Notes under the pieces: generated by a model | What the model saw: the letters and a program-made list of their open reading frames with translations, nothing else | Databases searched by the model: none | What the model was told of the DNA's origin: nothing | In this document: one piece after another, positions 30,253-39,459 of the stretch | How the letters are laid out: every line of letters starts with the position of its first letter | How positions within the stretch are numbered: the stretch's first letter is position 1 | Source: Synechococcus sp. | Lineage (GTDB): Bacteria; Cyanobacteriota; Cyanobacteriia; PCC-6307; Cyanobiaceae | Direction of reading: 5' to 3' | Length of the DNA stretch: 64,000 nucleotides | NCBI GenBank assembly: GCA_047285805.1 | Contig: JBJBCN010000002.1 | Coordinates: forward strand, 960,001-1,024,000 | Program-made: the position numbers and the translations under genes

Positions 30253-30285
30253 CGCTCATGCTGACCGTAGCCAGAGGGTGCCCTG

Positions 30286-30717
30286 ATGACCGTTGAACGC
30301 CTGCAGATTCCGACGCAGCATCCCTTTCAGTACATCGCCCTCACCGAAGCGCTGGAGCACTTCATCACCAAGCAAGGCGTCCTGGACGGAACGGTGCTGA
30401 TCAGCGGGCAACACACAACGACGGCCGTGATCGTCAACGAGATGGAGGAGCGTCTGATCTGGGACCTAGAGGCCTGGCTCGCGGAGATCGCCCCAGCCCA
30501 GCGCCCCTGGAGACACAACGACCTCGAGCTCCGACCGAACATTCTTGCCGATGAACCGCGCAATGCCCACGCCCATCTGCAGGCGCTACTGCTCGGCAAC
30601 CAGGTAATGGTCGCGGTCCAAGACGGAAAGCCCGTGCTGGGGACATATCAAGACGTGATCCTGGTGGAGTTGGACGGGCCGCGTCAGCGAACGGTGGCCC
30701 TGCAGTGGATTGCCTAG
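30286..30717 (+). CDS. yjbQ: YjbQ / UPF0047 family protein
   Basis: HTTTAVIVNE, NAHAHL, LGTYQDVILVELDGPRQR. Confidence 0.88.
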   Translation: MTVERLQIPTQHPFQYIALTEALEHFITKQGVLDGTVLISGQHTTTAVIVNEMEERLIWDLEAWLAEIAPAQRPWRHNDLELRPNILADEPRNAHAHLQALLLGNQVMVAVQDGKPVLGTYQDVILVELDGPRQRTVALQWIA

Positions 30718-30743
30718 GGTCGGCGCCCCAACGTCATCCCGCC

Positions 30744-31040
30744 ATGCCCAGCCGCGAACAGATCCTGGCCTCCTCCGCCGGCTGGGTGGCGGTGCTCTTG
30801 AACGTGGTGCCGGGCCTTGGAGCGGGCTACCTCTACCAGCGCCGCTGGAAGGCCTACTGGATCACCTCGGTCCTGGCCACCGCCTGGTTTATCGCCGGAG
30901 CCGTGCTCGGCCAGGACGCCGAACCCGCCGCAGAAGCGCAGAACCAACTGTTGGGTCTGATCGGCCTGTTGCTGTTGGCCGGTGGCACCGCCACCGAAGC
31001 CGGCCTAGCGGTCAAGAAGGTGCGGGCGGCGTTGGACTGA
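30744..31040 (+). CDS. Small membrane protein
   Basis: LNVVPGLGAGYLYQRRWKAY plus hydrophobic helices. Confidence 0.7.
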   Translation: MPSREQILASSAGWVAVLLNVVPGLGAGYLYQRRWKAYWITSVLATAWFIAGAVLGQDAEPAAEAQNQLLGLIGLLLLAGGTATEAGLAVKKVRAALD

Positions 31041-31046
31041 TCCGCG

Positions 31047-31474
31047 TTAGCTCGATTCGATCGCCTCCGTCTGAAGCGGAACCCAACGGCATCGGCCGTG
31101 GCGATCCGGGACTTGAACGCCAGCGTGACCCGTCAAGGCGACGACGGTTTCCTTGAGGCTGCTGAGGTTGATGGCGGTGGTATGACCGACCGGAGGTTCC
31201 ACCGCCGCCCAGCTGGCCGCGTCGCCACCGCTAAATTAACCCGAATATGTGTCAACTATGAGGGAGCCATCGCCGAGCGAGGAGGTCATCTGCACCGAGA
31301 CTCCCAGCTCAGGTGTCGGCCGGTAGACCGAGAGATCGGTGAAATATGACAGCTGGCCGCTCTGGCTGTCGAAGACGACACTGCGCCGGATTGAGCCACT
31401 GCACTCCAAGCGCTTCAAGGTTGGCGTGTGCTGCAACCCGGCGCCAAGAGCGCGGCGAGGGCGAACCAACGCAA
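31047..31474 (-). pseudogene. Disrupted lipoprotein gene
   Basis: MRWFALAALLAPGC lipobox, frameshift near 31425, in-frame TAA at 31236-31238, frame then open to 31047. Confidence 0.5.
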
Positions 31475-31478
31475 CCCA

Positions 31479-31817
31479 CTAGCCAAAGGTGTTGCCATTC
31501 CAGCCCCAGCTGCTGGCCTTGACGTCCTCAAAAGCCACATAGATCCGCTTAGCGGGAATGCCGGTGCGCGCCTCGATCAGCTCACAAAAAGCTGCGGTCA
31601 TCGCCGGGGGCTTGAGGGCACCAATGGACTTGATCTCGACGTAGGCGCTGGGCTCGGTACTGCCCGCGAAGGTCATCGGCACCGCAGTCTCGAGCAGCGT
31701 CATCACATAGGACTCCGGCTTACCGGTCTGCTGGGCCAAGGCCGCCGAGAGTTCCTGGAGCAGCCCAGCGGCATCGGCCACCTCAGGCAACGACGTGCGG
31801 ACGTTGATCAGGGGCAT
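31479..31817 (-). CDS. MIF / phenylpyruvate tautomerase family protein
   Basis: N-terminal catalytic Pro (MPLINVRT), GKPESYVM, WGWNGNTF. Confidence 0.92.
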   Translation of the reverse strand: MPLINVRTSLPEVADAAGLLQELSAALAQQTGKPESYVMTLLETAVPMTFAGSTEPSAYVEIKSIGALKPPAMTAAFCELIEARTGIPAKRIYVAFEDVKASSWGWNGNTFG

Positions 31818-31855
31818 TGCAGCTCATGGGCACTGCCTCAAATGTGCTTCGACTC

Positions 31856-32515
31856 CTAAGGGGTGCAAGGGCCATCGGTCGTCACCTCGACTTCATCGCC
31901 GAGCTGCACCGAGGCGAGCATCGACCGCAGGGCCGGTTCTGAGACGTTCAGGCAGCCGCCGGTGACCTGCTTGCCGATGCGCTTCTCGTTGTTGCTGCCG
32001 TGGATCGCAAAGCTGTACCAGCGGAATGTGCCGTCGTAGGTGTTGAAGGCAAAGGGCTGCTTGACGCTGTCGATCGGCTCCAAGCTGATGTAGCCAATCC
32101 CGTATTCACCGACCTCGCCATCGCCTTTGAAGTCAATGGAATTCATGTTCTTGAAGAGGGTCTCTTCGAGCTCGGCCTTGCTCTTGCCGGATTGGGCGAT
32201 CAACTTGGGATCCATCTCAAAGTTGTCCTTGCTCAGGATCGCGTTGACCTTGAAGCGGCCCAGGGGGGTGTAGCCCTCTTCAAAGCGGGTGTTAGCGCAG
32301 GTCACCCCTAGGCGCCCGAAGCCCACCTGAAACGTCGTCCGCTCATCGCCTCGCACCATCACCCCGTTGCTCTTGGCGGGGATGTTCTGGTCGATCTCGA
32401 TCGTGATCGGAGCGGTGACCAGCGTTGCGCCAGTGACCGTGGTCTTGGGGGAGCTAACGCAACCGCTTAAGGCGAGGGCCAAGGCGATCCCGGCCAGCGA
32501 GGTGAGACGTCGCAT
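31856..32515 (-). CDS. L,D-transpeptidase family lipoprotein
   Basis: LSGC lipobox, TPLGRF, FAIHGS...TGGCLNV. Confidence 0.85.
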   Translation of the reverse strand: MRRLTSLAGIALALALSGCVSSPKTTVTGATLVTAPITIEIDQNIPAKSNGVMVRGDERTTFQVGFGRLGVTCANTRFEEGYTPLGRFKVNAILSKDNFEMDPKLIAQSGKSKAELEETLFKNMNSIDFKGDGEVGEYGIGYISLEPIDSVKQPFAFNTYDGTFRWYSFAIHGSNNEKRIGKQVTGGCLNVSEPALRSMLASVQLGDEVEVTTDGPCTP

Positions 32516-32626
32516 CCGGGAGCCAGTTCACTGCCTCCATGTTGGCGAGGGCGCCTGGATTTGCATCCAAAAACCCTGGACGGCCGGCGCTCCGGGATTC
32601 ACCATGAAGGCAGGCACCCTGACGCG

Positions 32627-32926
32627 ATGGACGACGCACTGCTGGCCCTGGTTGAAGATCTGGGATCGGGGAACGTGCTCGATGCCGAAACCCTGGAGGG
32701 ATGCACGGTCGAGCCCCATGAGCTCGATGAGATGGATGAGGACCAGGCAGCCATCGTCGCGGCCCATGTCTTTGAGCAGCTCTTTGACCACGACGTCTCA
32801 CAGCAGCACGGGGAATCCGCCGACCCCGATGAGGGGGTCTGGAGCGGCACGGTGGATTCCTTCAAGTTCACGATCGAACGCGATGACGTTGGTGATCTGG
32901 TGGTGAACTTCAGCGGTGGGGACTGA
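32627..32926 (+). CDS. Small acidic hypothetical protein
   Basis: D/E-rich 99-aa ORF with host-like codon usage. Confidence 0.65.
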   Translation: MDDALLALVEDLGSGNVLDAETLEGCTVEPHELDEMDEDQAAIVAAHVFEQLFDHDVSQQHGESADPDEGVWSGTVDSFKFTIERDDVGDLVVNFSGGD

Positions 32927-32972
32927 GAGGCATGGCCCAAGCCACCTGGCCAGTGAAGCTGTAGACAGTGCG

Positions 32973-33047
32973 TCGACGTTTGATCGCGCCTTGAGCGAAC
33001 TGAAGAGCGGCTGCGAACACAGCCACTGGATTTGGTTTGTGTTGCCG
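32973..33047 (+). pseudogene. DUF1810-like fragment
   Basis: FDRALSELKSGCEHSHWIWFVLP resembles the family motif ALxELxxGxKxSHWxWFIFP. Confidence 0.55.
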
Positions 33048-33120
33048 GCCATGCAACAGATGGCAGAGCCCGGGGTGCTTCACCATGCTCAGAGTCTCCG
33101 TTGATGCGCACGGGTCCGCG

Positions 33121-33335
33121 ATGAACACCCCCGCCCCCGACTGGATGCCGGATGCCTCGAAAGGCACCTACCCGGGCTGGGTGCAACACAAGGCAGTGAC
33201 AGTGGCGAAGCGGGATCAGAAACGCGGCGGTGTTGGCAATGTGCAGCAGTACCGGCTGGCGATGCATGAGGCGGTGCTGGCCTCAGAGGGCCGCGACCAC
33301 TGAACTGGGGAATGGCTCGCCTGGGAGCTTGAGGA
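33121..33335 (+). pseudogene. Fragment of a hypothetical protein gene with a nonsense codon
   Basis: WVQHKA...KRDQKRGG...YRLAMHEAVLASEGRDH-TGA-TGEWLAW; protein-like sequence continues past the stop. Confidence 0.45.
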
Positions 33336-33573
33336 TCAGGTTGGTTCCTTCTTCTCCATCGTTGGTAAACGCGTGCTCCCCCAGCCCGCCGAATCTCCCC
33401 AGCCGATCCCTGAGCAACTGGCGCACCGTCATCAACCGCAGGGGATCCCAGCGCGCATGACGCGGCACCGCGAACTGCCGCAGATCTGAGCGCAAACGGT
33501 GATGGAGCTCAATCCATACCTTCCATCCTGAGAACGAACTCAACGGAGGAGCTGGATCAATCCTCTTGCCAAT

Positions 33574-33639
33574 AAAAAAACCGCCGGTACTCCTACCGGC
33601 GGCGGAACATCCCGTACCCATGACTTGTGTTCCACAAGT
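33574..33639 (-). ncRNA. Candidate two-hairpin small RNA
   Basis: 5' hairpin ACTTGTG-GAA-CACAAGT, linker, terminator CCGCCGGTA-GGAG-TACCGGCGG plus U7. Confidence 0.45.
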
Positions 33640-33699
33640 TCTGGACTACGTAATCACGCTACGGAAGAAGAACCATTCGTCTGGAGCCCTTAGTACTTC

Positions 33700-33975
33700 T
33701 TATCCAGGGCTCAAGACCATTTGATGGCGGCTGCTAACCAATTCACCGGTGCAGCTCACAGGCAGCAGCTTGGAGTGCCCTCCGCTGTACCAAAGCTCGA
33801 CCAAGGCCGCGCATCTGATCTCGGGGTTAGCCCCAGCCAGCAACCAGAGCTCGTCATGCAGCAACTGGGTCTGATCCGGCGTGCCCAAGTACCAAGGGGC
33901 CTGAGAGTCAGCCGAAAGCTCCTCGTGGAGAAGCAACAGCGCATCCAGAACGTCAGCAGCCAATTCAGGCGTCAT
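33700..33975 (-). CDS. Hypothetical protein
   Basis: 91-aa ORF with an ATG preceded by GGAGG. Confidence 0.5.
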   Translation of the reverse strand: MTPELAADVLDALLLLHEELSADSQAPWYLGTPDQTQLLHDELWLLAGANPEIRCAALVELWYSGGHSKLLPVSCTGELVSSRHQMVLSPG

Positions 33976-34416
33976 GCCTCCATCCAGGCACAGCGCCTGG
34001 CCAAAAGCAAGCAGAGCAAAGGCTTAGCGCTGCGGCATGCCCTCAGCGGGATTGAGATTGCGCTGCAGCTCCGCCGGATGGCAATGGGGCTGTCGCATAA
34101 CCTCCTCACGCCAACTCCAAACCGCCTTGTGCACTGCAGGGCGAACATGATGGGAACCAGAGCGGGACGTCGAATGCATGGCCATAGACGGGACTCTCTC
34201 TCCAGAGTCGAGAGAACAAGAGGAGTGAACTGTGCGCACGGAACACCTGCAGAGGATTAGGTGCTGATGCGCTCTCCGAAAATGAAGACGCGCATTCGCG
34301 AAGCAATCTCCCTATCCGTAGCAACGGAAACTAGATTCTGTGTACTGAGTTCAGATTGAACAAACTTTAAGGTCCTACTTAGGGGAGGTTTAACCCATCC
34401 AACACATCCCCAAACC

Positions 34417-34488
34417 ATGGAAATCCTTGCAGTCATCGCCATCGTCGGTGCAGCTTTCGGTGGTGCCGCTGCCATGACCAAGAACTGA
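34417..34488 (+). CDS. 23-aa hydrophobic microprotein
   Basis: MEILAVIAIVGAAFGGAAAMTKN; highly-expressed-type codons (ATC, GGT, TTC); own terminator. Confidence 0.6.
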   Translation: MEILAVIAIVGAAFGGAAAMTKN

Positions 34489-34512
34489 GCTTCAACAATC
34501 ACAGAGAACCTG

Positions 34513-34546
34513 AACCCCCCGGGCCTGACCCGTGGGGTTTTTCTTT
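34513..34546 (+). terminator. Intrinsic terminator after the microprotein gene
   Basis: AACCCCCCGGG...CCCGTGGGGTTTTTCTTT. Confidence 0.7.
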
Positions 34547-34623
34547 GTCCGCATGTTGTGTGGGCAGAACGCTCAGGTCTCTGCATAGTTGGACGGAAGA
34601 ACGGATACGGCCTTGAGGTGCCC

Positions 34624-36006
34624 ATGGCCCCCCACCTCTGCGGCCGCGAAACCGAGATCCGCTCGGCGATGGCCGCCGGCGGCCGCTACTGGTCCACTCA
34701 GTCGCCGTCACGGCTTGATCAGCTGCGCTCGGGGTTTGCCTGCGCGCTGCACATGCACCAGCCGACCATTCCGGCAGGCCCAGATGGAGCGCTGATCTCC
34801 AACCTGCAGTACATGCTTGAGCACCCAAGCGAGGGGGAAAACCACAACGCCGAGCCCTTCGCGCAGTGCTACCGGCGCCTTGCTGATCTGATCCCCCAGC
34901 TGATCGAGCAGGGCTGCAGCCCGCGGATCATGCTCGACATCTCCGGAAATCTGCTCTGGGGGGCCGAGCAGATGGGCCGCAGCGACATCACCGAGGCCTG
35001 GCGTTACCTGGCCTGTGATCCCCAAATGCAACGGCATGTCGAGTGGCTTGGCACCTTCTGGGGCCACGCCGTCGCCCCCTCGACGCCGATCCCGGATCTA
35101 CGGCTGCAGATTGAGGCCTGGCAGCATCAGTTCGCCGCAGCCTTCGGCCTGGAGGCCCTGCAGCGGGTGCGCGGTTTCTCCCTGCCGGAGATGGCCCTGC
35201 CCAATCACCCCGACACCCTCTTTGCCCTGGTGGAGGCCCTGCAGCAGGCCGGCTACCGCTGGCTTCTGCTCCAGGAGCACAGCGTGGAGACCCTCAGCGG
35301 CGACGTCCTGAGCGAAGCCCAGAAGTACCTGCCCAATCGCCTGATCGCCCGCAATGGACGGGGTGAGCGGCGGAAGATCACCGCCTTGATCAAGACCCAG
35401 GGCTCTGACACCAAATTGGTCGGCCAGATGCAGCCCTACTACGAGGCGATCAGCCGCGATCGGCTCCCCTTGGGAGCGATGAGCGTGCCGTCCCTCGTTT
35501 CCCAGATCGCCGATGGCGAGAACGGCGGCGTGATGATGAACGAATTCCCCGAGGCCTTCCTCCAGGCCCACCAACGTTGCGCCAGCGAAGCCGGCACCGC
35601 CGCCATCAACGGCAGCGAATACCTCGAGCTCCTGGGCAACACGGATGACTATCCCGCCATCCAGGCCGCCGGTCAGCAGCAACTCCTTGATGGGCTCGGC
35701 GAGCACTGGAGCAGCGAGCAGCTCCAAAAGCGGATCGATGCCGGCTGCAACGTCGAAGGGGCCTCCTGGACCAACGACCTCAGCTGGGTGAAGGGCTACG
35801 AGAGCGTCCTTGAACCGATGGCCCAACTCAGCGCCGCCTTCCACCGGCGCTACCCCACACCCCAGACCATCGACCCCAACTACCAAGAGGCGCTGCTGCA
35901 CCTCCTGCTGCTCGAAACCAGCTGCTTTCGCTACTGGGGCCAGGGCACCTGGACGGAGTACGCCCAGACCATCCACCGCCGCGGGCAGGCGCTCCTGGAG
36001 CGCTAA
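34624..36006 (+). CDS. Glycoside hydrolase family 57-like protein
   Basis: ALHMHQP, GFSLPEM, IADGENGG, LETSCFRYWG. Confidence 0.8.
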   Translation: MAPHLCGRETEIRSAMAAGGRYWSTQSPSRLDQLRSGFACALHMHQPTIPAGPDGALISNLQYMLEHPSEGENHNAEPFAQCYRRLADLIPQLIEQGCSPRIMLDISGNLLWGAEQMGRSDITEAWRYLACDPQMQRHVEWLGTFWGHAVAPSTPIPDLRLQIEAWQHQFAAAFGLEALQRVRGFSLPEMALPNHPDTLFALVEALQQAGYRWLLLQEHSVETLSGDVLSEAQKYLPNRLIARNGRGERRKITALIKTQGSDTKLVGQMQPYYEAISRDRLPLGAMSVPSLVSQIADGENGGVMMNEFPEAFLQAHQRCASEAGTAAINGSEYLELLGNTDDYPAIQAAGQQQLLDGLGEHWSSEQLQKRIDAGCNVEGASWTNDLSWVKGYESVLEPMAQLSAAFHRRYPTPQTIDPNYQEALLHLLLLETSCFRYWGQGTWTEYAQTIHRRGQALLER

Positions 36007-36218
36007 AGCCAGAGCGCCCCGATCAGCAGACCCATCAAGAGACCAACACCCCAGGCCAGCCAGGCCCCTTGGTATTCACTCTTGAGCCCGAGCTTTTTCT
36101 TGATCCAGAAATAGGAGCGCTCATCGGCGCGCAGCAACTGGCGAAAGGGATTCTCCATACCCGAGCTATAGCCACGGAGGCACCAGTAGGAACACCCCAG
36201 CTAGTGAAGTGAGCGGGC

Positions 36219-37100
36219 ATGCATCCATCCGTGCGCGACTGGCTGAGGCAGAGCCGCCTGCACCAGCACCTGCCGGAGCCCAGTGTGCTGGAGTTGCCCT
36301 CCTGATTCAAAGCTGGCAGCAGCGTCCCGGCGGCCCAGGTCAAGCACCAGGGGCCATTCGCAAACGGGGCCAACGCGCCGGCGATCAGCTCGTCTGCCAC
36401 AACCTCGCCCTGCTGGCCTTCAGCTGGTGATAACAACAGTGCCAGCTCAGCGCGGACGATACCTCCACGGCCGATGCCCTGCAGGAACGGGCCCTCAATC
36501 TGCTGCGGGCCGCGGAGAAATTTGATGCAGCCCGGGGCTATCGCTTCTCGAACTACGCCAGCTTCTGAATCCACCGCGGATTGCATCGATATTGCGAGCA
36601 CGAGCGCCGCAACATTGCCTTCCTCCGTGATCAAACAACCCCGGGTGTTCAAGGCCTAACGGCTCAACGAAGAGGTCATGCAGCGCAAGGGAAGATAGCC
36701 CAGCCTGCGCTGGCTGGCCGCCCAGCTGAGCACGGACAAGAGCAGGATCAAGCCGGAGCAGGTAGGAGGACTCTGTGCAGCTGGCGTGACACCCAGACCT
36801 GCGCAATTGGGGACTTTGCTGCTTAAGTCAAAACAGAAGAGTCGCCCTCGCCTCAGGATCTACCGCAAAAGAGCGGATGGCAAACCAGGCGCCCTGAATC
36901 CTGAGGACCTCCGCCCACAGATCCATCAGCTGCAGCGGGCCGTCGCCGAACTGCAACAGGGCTAGGAATTGCGGTGTGCTCCGCCAATGAACGCCTGATT
37001 GGGATCGTCTCCCTACTCCTCGAGGGATGCGATTTGGCGAGGCGCTCCATCGCTGAACTGCTCGCCCTGCCGCTACTCCAGCATAAAAACTACTGGTTTG
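36219..37100 (+). pseudogene. Degraded sigma-70 family sigma factor
   Basis: DQLVCHNL..., DALQE.ALNLLRAAEKFDAARGYRFSNYASF-stop-IHRG (regions 2.1-2.4); several stops and frameshifts; 3' limit approximate. Confidence 0.8.
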
Positions 37101-37338
37101 TGAGGACGAGCTCGCCGAGCTCGAGCTACTGCAAGTCGCCCAAAAGCTCAAAGCCGTCGCCGATCAACGGGGCGGCTTTGAAGCCGAGCTCTTCGATCTG
37201 ATGGTCTCCATCGCCGATGTGCTCGAGGTCGACCACGACTGGCCCCGCAGCCAGTCGAACAATGTCTGATGCGGATGGGGCTCTGGGAGTAGGGCTTCGC
37301 GTGCGAGGGTTGGAACCCTTCTCAGTCCTGCAAGGATT

Positions 37339-37566
37339 TCAGGTAAGTGGCTTGCCTGGCCCCTGCTGCCCCTCGAGGTTGCTTGCGCTGCGCAGGCTCA
37401 CCTGGGCATCGATACAGCGGTTGTAGCGGTGGGTGTTCACCGCCTGTGGGATCTGCAGCAGCGCCAGGGCCAACAGGCTGAAGCTGGCGACTACGGCCAG
37501 AACCGGGTAGGTGTGGGCCCGCACCATCTCGCGGGCACTGAATTGCTGTCCGTTGTGATCAGCCAT
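37339..37566 (-). CDS. Small single-pass membrane protein, Cys-pair family (copy 3; C-terminus probably disrupted)
   Basis: REMVRAHTYPVL, TM helix, YNRCID. Confidence 0.6.
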   Translation of the reverse strand: MADHNGQQFSAREMVRAHTYPVLAVVASFSLLALALLQIPQAVNTHRYNRCIDAQVSLRSASNLEGQQGPGKPLT

Positions 37567-37569
37567 GGT

Positions 37570-38703
37570 TCAGAAGTAGAACGCGCCATCCACCGGCGAT
37601 TGCCGCACCGCCTTGCAGCGGCTGGCCACACGCCAGAGGGCCATGTGAATCGGTGTGGGGTCAAACCGCACCAGCTCCGGATAGCGCTGCCGGAGCAGGG
37701 CGGTCCCGCGCCAGGCGTTGTAGTGGGGGATGGCCGAGTTCACGTGGTGGCAGACGTGAGTTGAGCCAATGCCGTGGTGCAGCAGGTTGATCAGCGGGCC
37801 ATAGGGCCGGTCCACGGTCTGCAGCGCCCCCTTTACCCAGGTCCAGCGGAGGGAGTCGTAGTGGGGGATCTCCACATCAGTGTGCTGCAGCCAGGTGTAA
37901 ATCACCAGCCAGCCATTCACAACCACATAAGGAAGGCCGTACACCGCCAGCACCCGCAGGGGTGAGAACTGAATCGCAGCCACCACCAGGGCGGCGAGCA
38001 CCACCAGCAAGCCCACGTTGGAACGAACCATCCAGCGGCGGAAAGCGCGCGGGAAGAGAGGGCGCTGCAGGGGAACTCCCGGCTTCGGCATCCGGAAGTG
38101 GGAGACCGGATGGCCGTAGGCCTCACCGCCGGTGACACCAAGCAGCAGATAGAGCGGCCAGCCAATCACTAGGTGATTGAACAAGGCCACCACCGCCGCC
38201 AGGGGGCGACCGAGCTTGCGGCTCAGTCCTTGGGTGAATTGACCCATGGGCGAGCTGGCCCTCGGGGGCACGTGGGTCTGGCCCCGCTCCAGCTCATTGC
38301 AATAGGCGTGGTGGACCGCATGGCTGCGGGCCCAGCAGTAGTAGGGAACCAGCAGCAGGCTGTGCAGAACGAAGCCCACGACCCCCTCAACCCGGCGGTT
38401 GGGATGGAAGGCGTTGTGGCCGCACTCATGGGCCAGGACCCAACAGCCCATGGCCACGGTGCCGGTCACCACTCCATAGACGAGCCAGAGCGGCAGGGCC
38501 GCCCAGCTCAGGGGAATCAACGTCCCCATGCCATAGGCGAAGAGGGAGAGGCCCAAGGAGAGTGCGAGGCTGCCCCAGGACTTGAGCGGGTCATGTCGCA
38601 GGAGCTCGTCCGGCAAGGCTCCGAGCAGTTCGGCCTTGCTTGGGAAGTCCTGATCGGCGGTGCTGATCGGCCACAGGGAGAGGGGAGAGACGGCCACGGT
38701 CAA
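37570..38703 (-). CDS. desA: Delta-12/omega-6-type fatty acid desaturase
   Basis: His boxes HECGH, HAVHH, HVCHH; WLQHT, TVDRPYG, IPHYNA; start trimmed to TTG at 38703. Confidence 0.8.
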   Translation of the reverse strand: MTVAVSPLSLWPISTADQDFPSKAELLGALPDELLRHDPLKSWGSLALSLGLSLFAYGMGTLIPLSWAALPLWLVYGVVTGTVAMGCWVLAHECGHNAFHPNRRVEGVVGFVLHSLLLVPYYCWARSHAVHHAYCNELERGQTHVPPRASSPMGQFTQGLSRKLGRPLAAVVALFNHLVIGWPLYLLLGVTGGEAYGHPVSHFRMPKPGVPLQRPLFPRAFRRWMVRSNVGLLVVLAALVVAAIQFSPLRVLAVYGLPYVVVNGWLVIYTWLQHTDVEIPHYDSLRWTWVKGALQTVDRPYGPLINLLHHGIGSTHVCHHVNSAIPHYNAWRGTALLRQRYPELVRFDPTPIHMALWRVASRCKAVRQSPVDGAFYF

Positions 38704-38757
38704 AGGCACCACCGGGTCAAACAGGACACAACGCTTTTCAGATTTACTTAAGAATCT

Positions 38758-39459
38758 ATGGACTGGTCCTCCGGCATCGCGAGAATGGCCCCCATAGTCC
38801 ATCCCCTGGTTTTTCTGATCGCCCCGCTGGCCCAGTTGCCCAAGGAAGAAACCAGCTGGGCGGCGCTCAGTGCCATTCAGAGCCCGAACACGGGGTTTTC
38901 CCTGCGCCTTTTCAGCGCTGCTGAAACAGAGATCAGCGACCTCGCCGGACTGCCCTGGGACGGCCAGTTGGACCCTGGCGGCGGCGGCGAACGGCGCCGC
39001 CTGATCTGCGATGCGGTCATTCCGCACTTCGATCCCGAGGCCAACGCCATCGGCGTCTATCAGCGCAGTCCTAATCCAGAGGTGCTCCGCTGCCTCGATC
39101 GCTTCATGCTGCAGGAGGCGGCCAACGAGACCTGCTGGTTCTATCCCACCCACGACGGTCACTTCCTGAGCTGGGAGCGTGAGGAAGCCCTCAGCCTCGA
39201 ACCCGGGGTGGTGGCCAGCGAAGCAGCAACCGACTTGCCCGAGAGCTATGAGCGCAGCCAGATCGCCCTGCTCTGGAGCCTGCTGGCCGATGACGAAAGC
39301 TTGACCTGCGTCGGCCTCACCTACGGCGGCCAACGGCTTGAGTGGGGCCAGCGCCTGGGGCACCCGGCTCCCGAGGCCCACTGGAGCCTTTTCAGCGTCG
39401 ACACCGAGGTCGAGGTCAGTCTGACGGTCAACGCCCGCCAAGCGGTCCAGGCGTCCTGA
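38758..39459 (+). CDS. Conserved hypothetical protein
   Basis: 233-aa ORF whose stop overlaps the next start (TGATG). Confidence 0.7.
   Translation: MDWSSGIARMAPIVHPLVFLIAPLAQLPKEETSWAALSAIQSPNTGFSLRLFSAAETEISDLAGLPWDGQLDPGGGGERRRLICDAVIPHFDPEANAIGVYQRSPNPEVLRCLDRFMLQEAANETCWFYPTHDGHFLSWEREEALSLEPGVVASEAATDLPESYERSQIALLWSLLADDESLTCVGLTYGGQRLEWGQRLGHPAPEAHWSLFSVDTEVEVSLTVNARQAVQAS

Noticed and set aside
19679..36041. 14-bp direct repeat AGACCCATCAAGAG at 19679 and 36028 as possible att sites
   Set aside because: Several 14-mer matches are expected by chance in 64 kb, and it does not match the tRNA-Lys 3' end in the right orientation
19708..37324. Several relics have TGA where Trp (or Cys) seems expected (20033, 33301, 36566, 37322), suggesting a recoded genetic code or readthrough
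   Set aside because: The same relics carry frameshifts, TAA/TAG stops or truncations, and TGA is a normal stop in intact genes; ordinary TGG-to-TGA decay explains it
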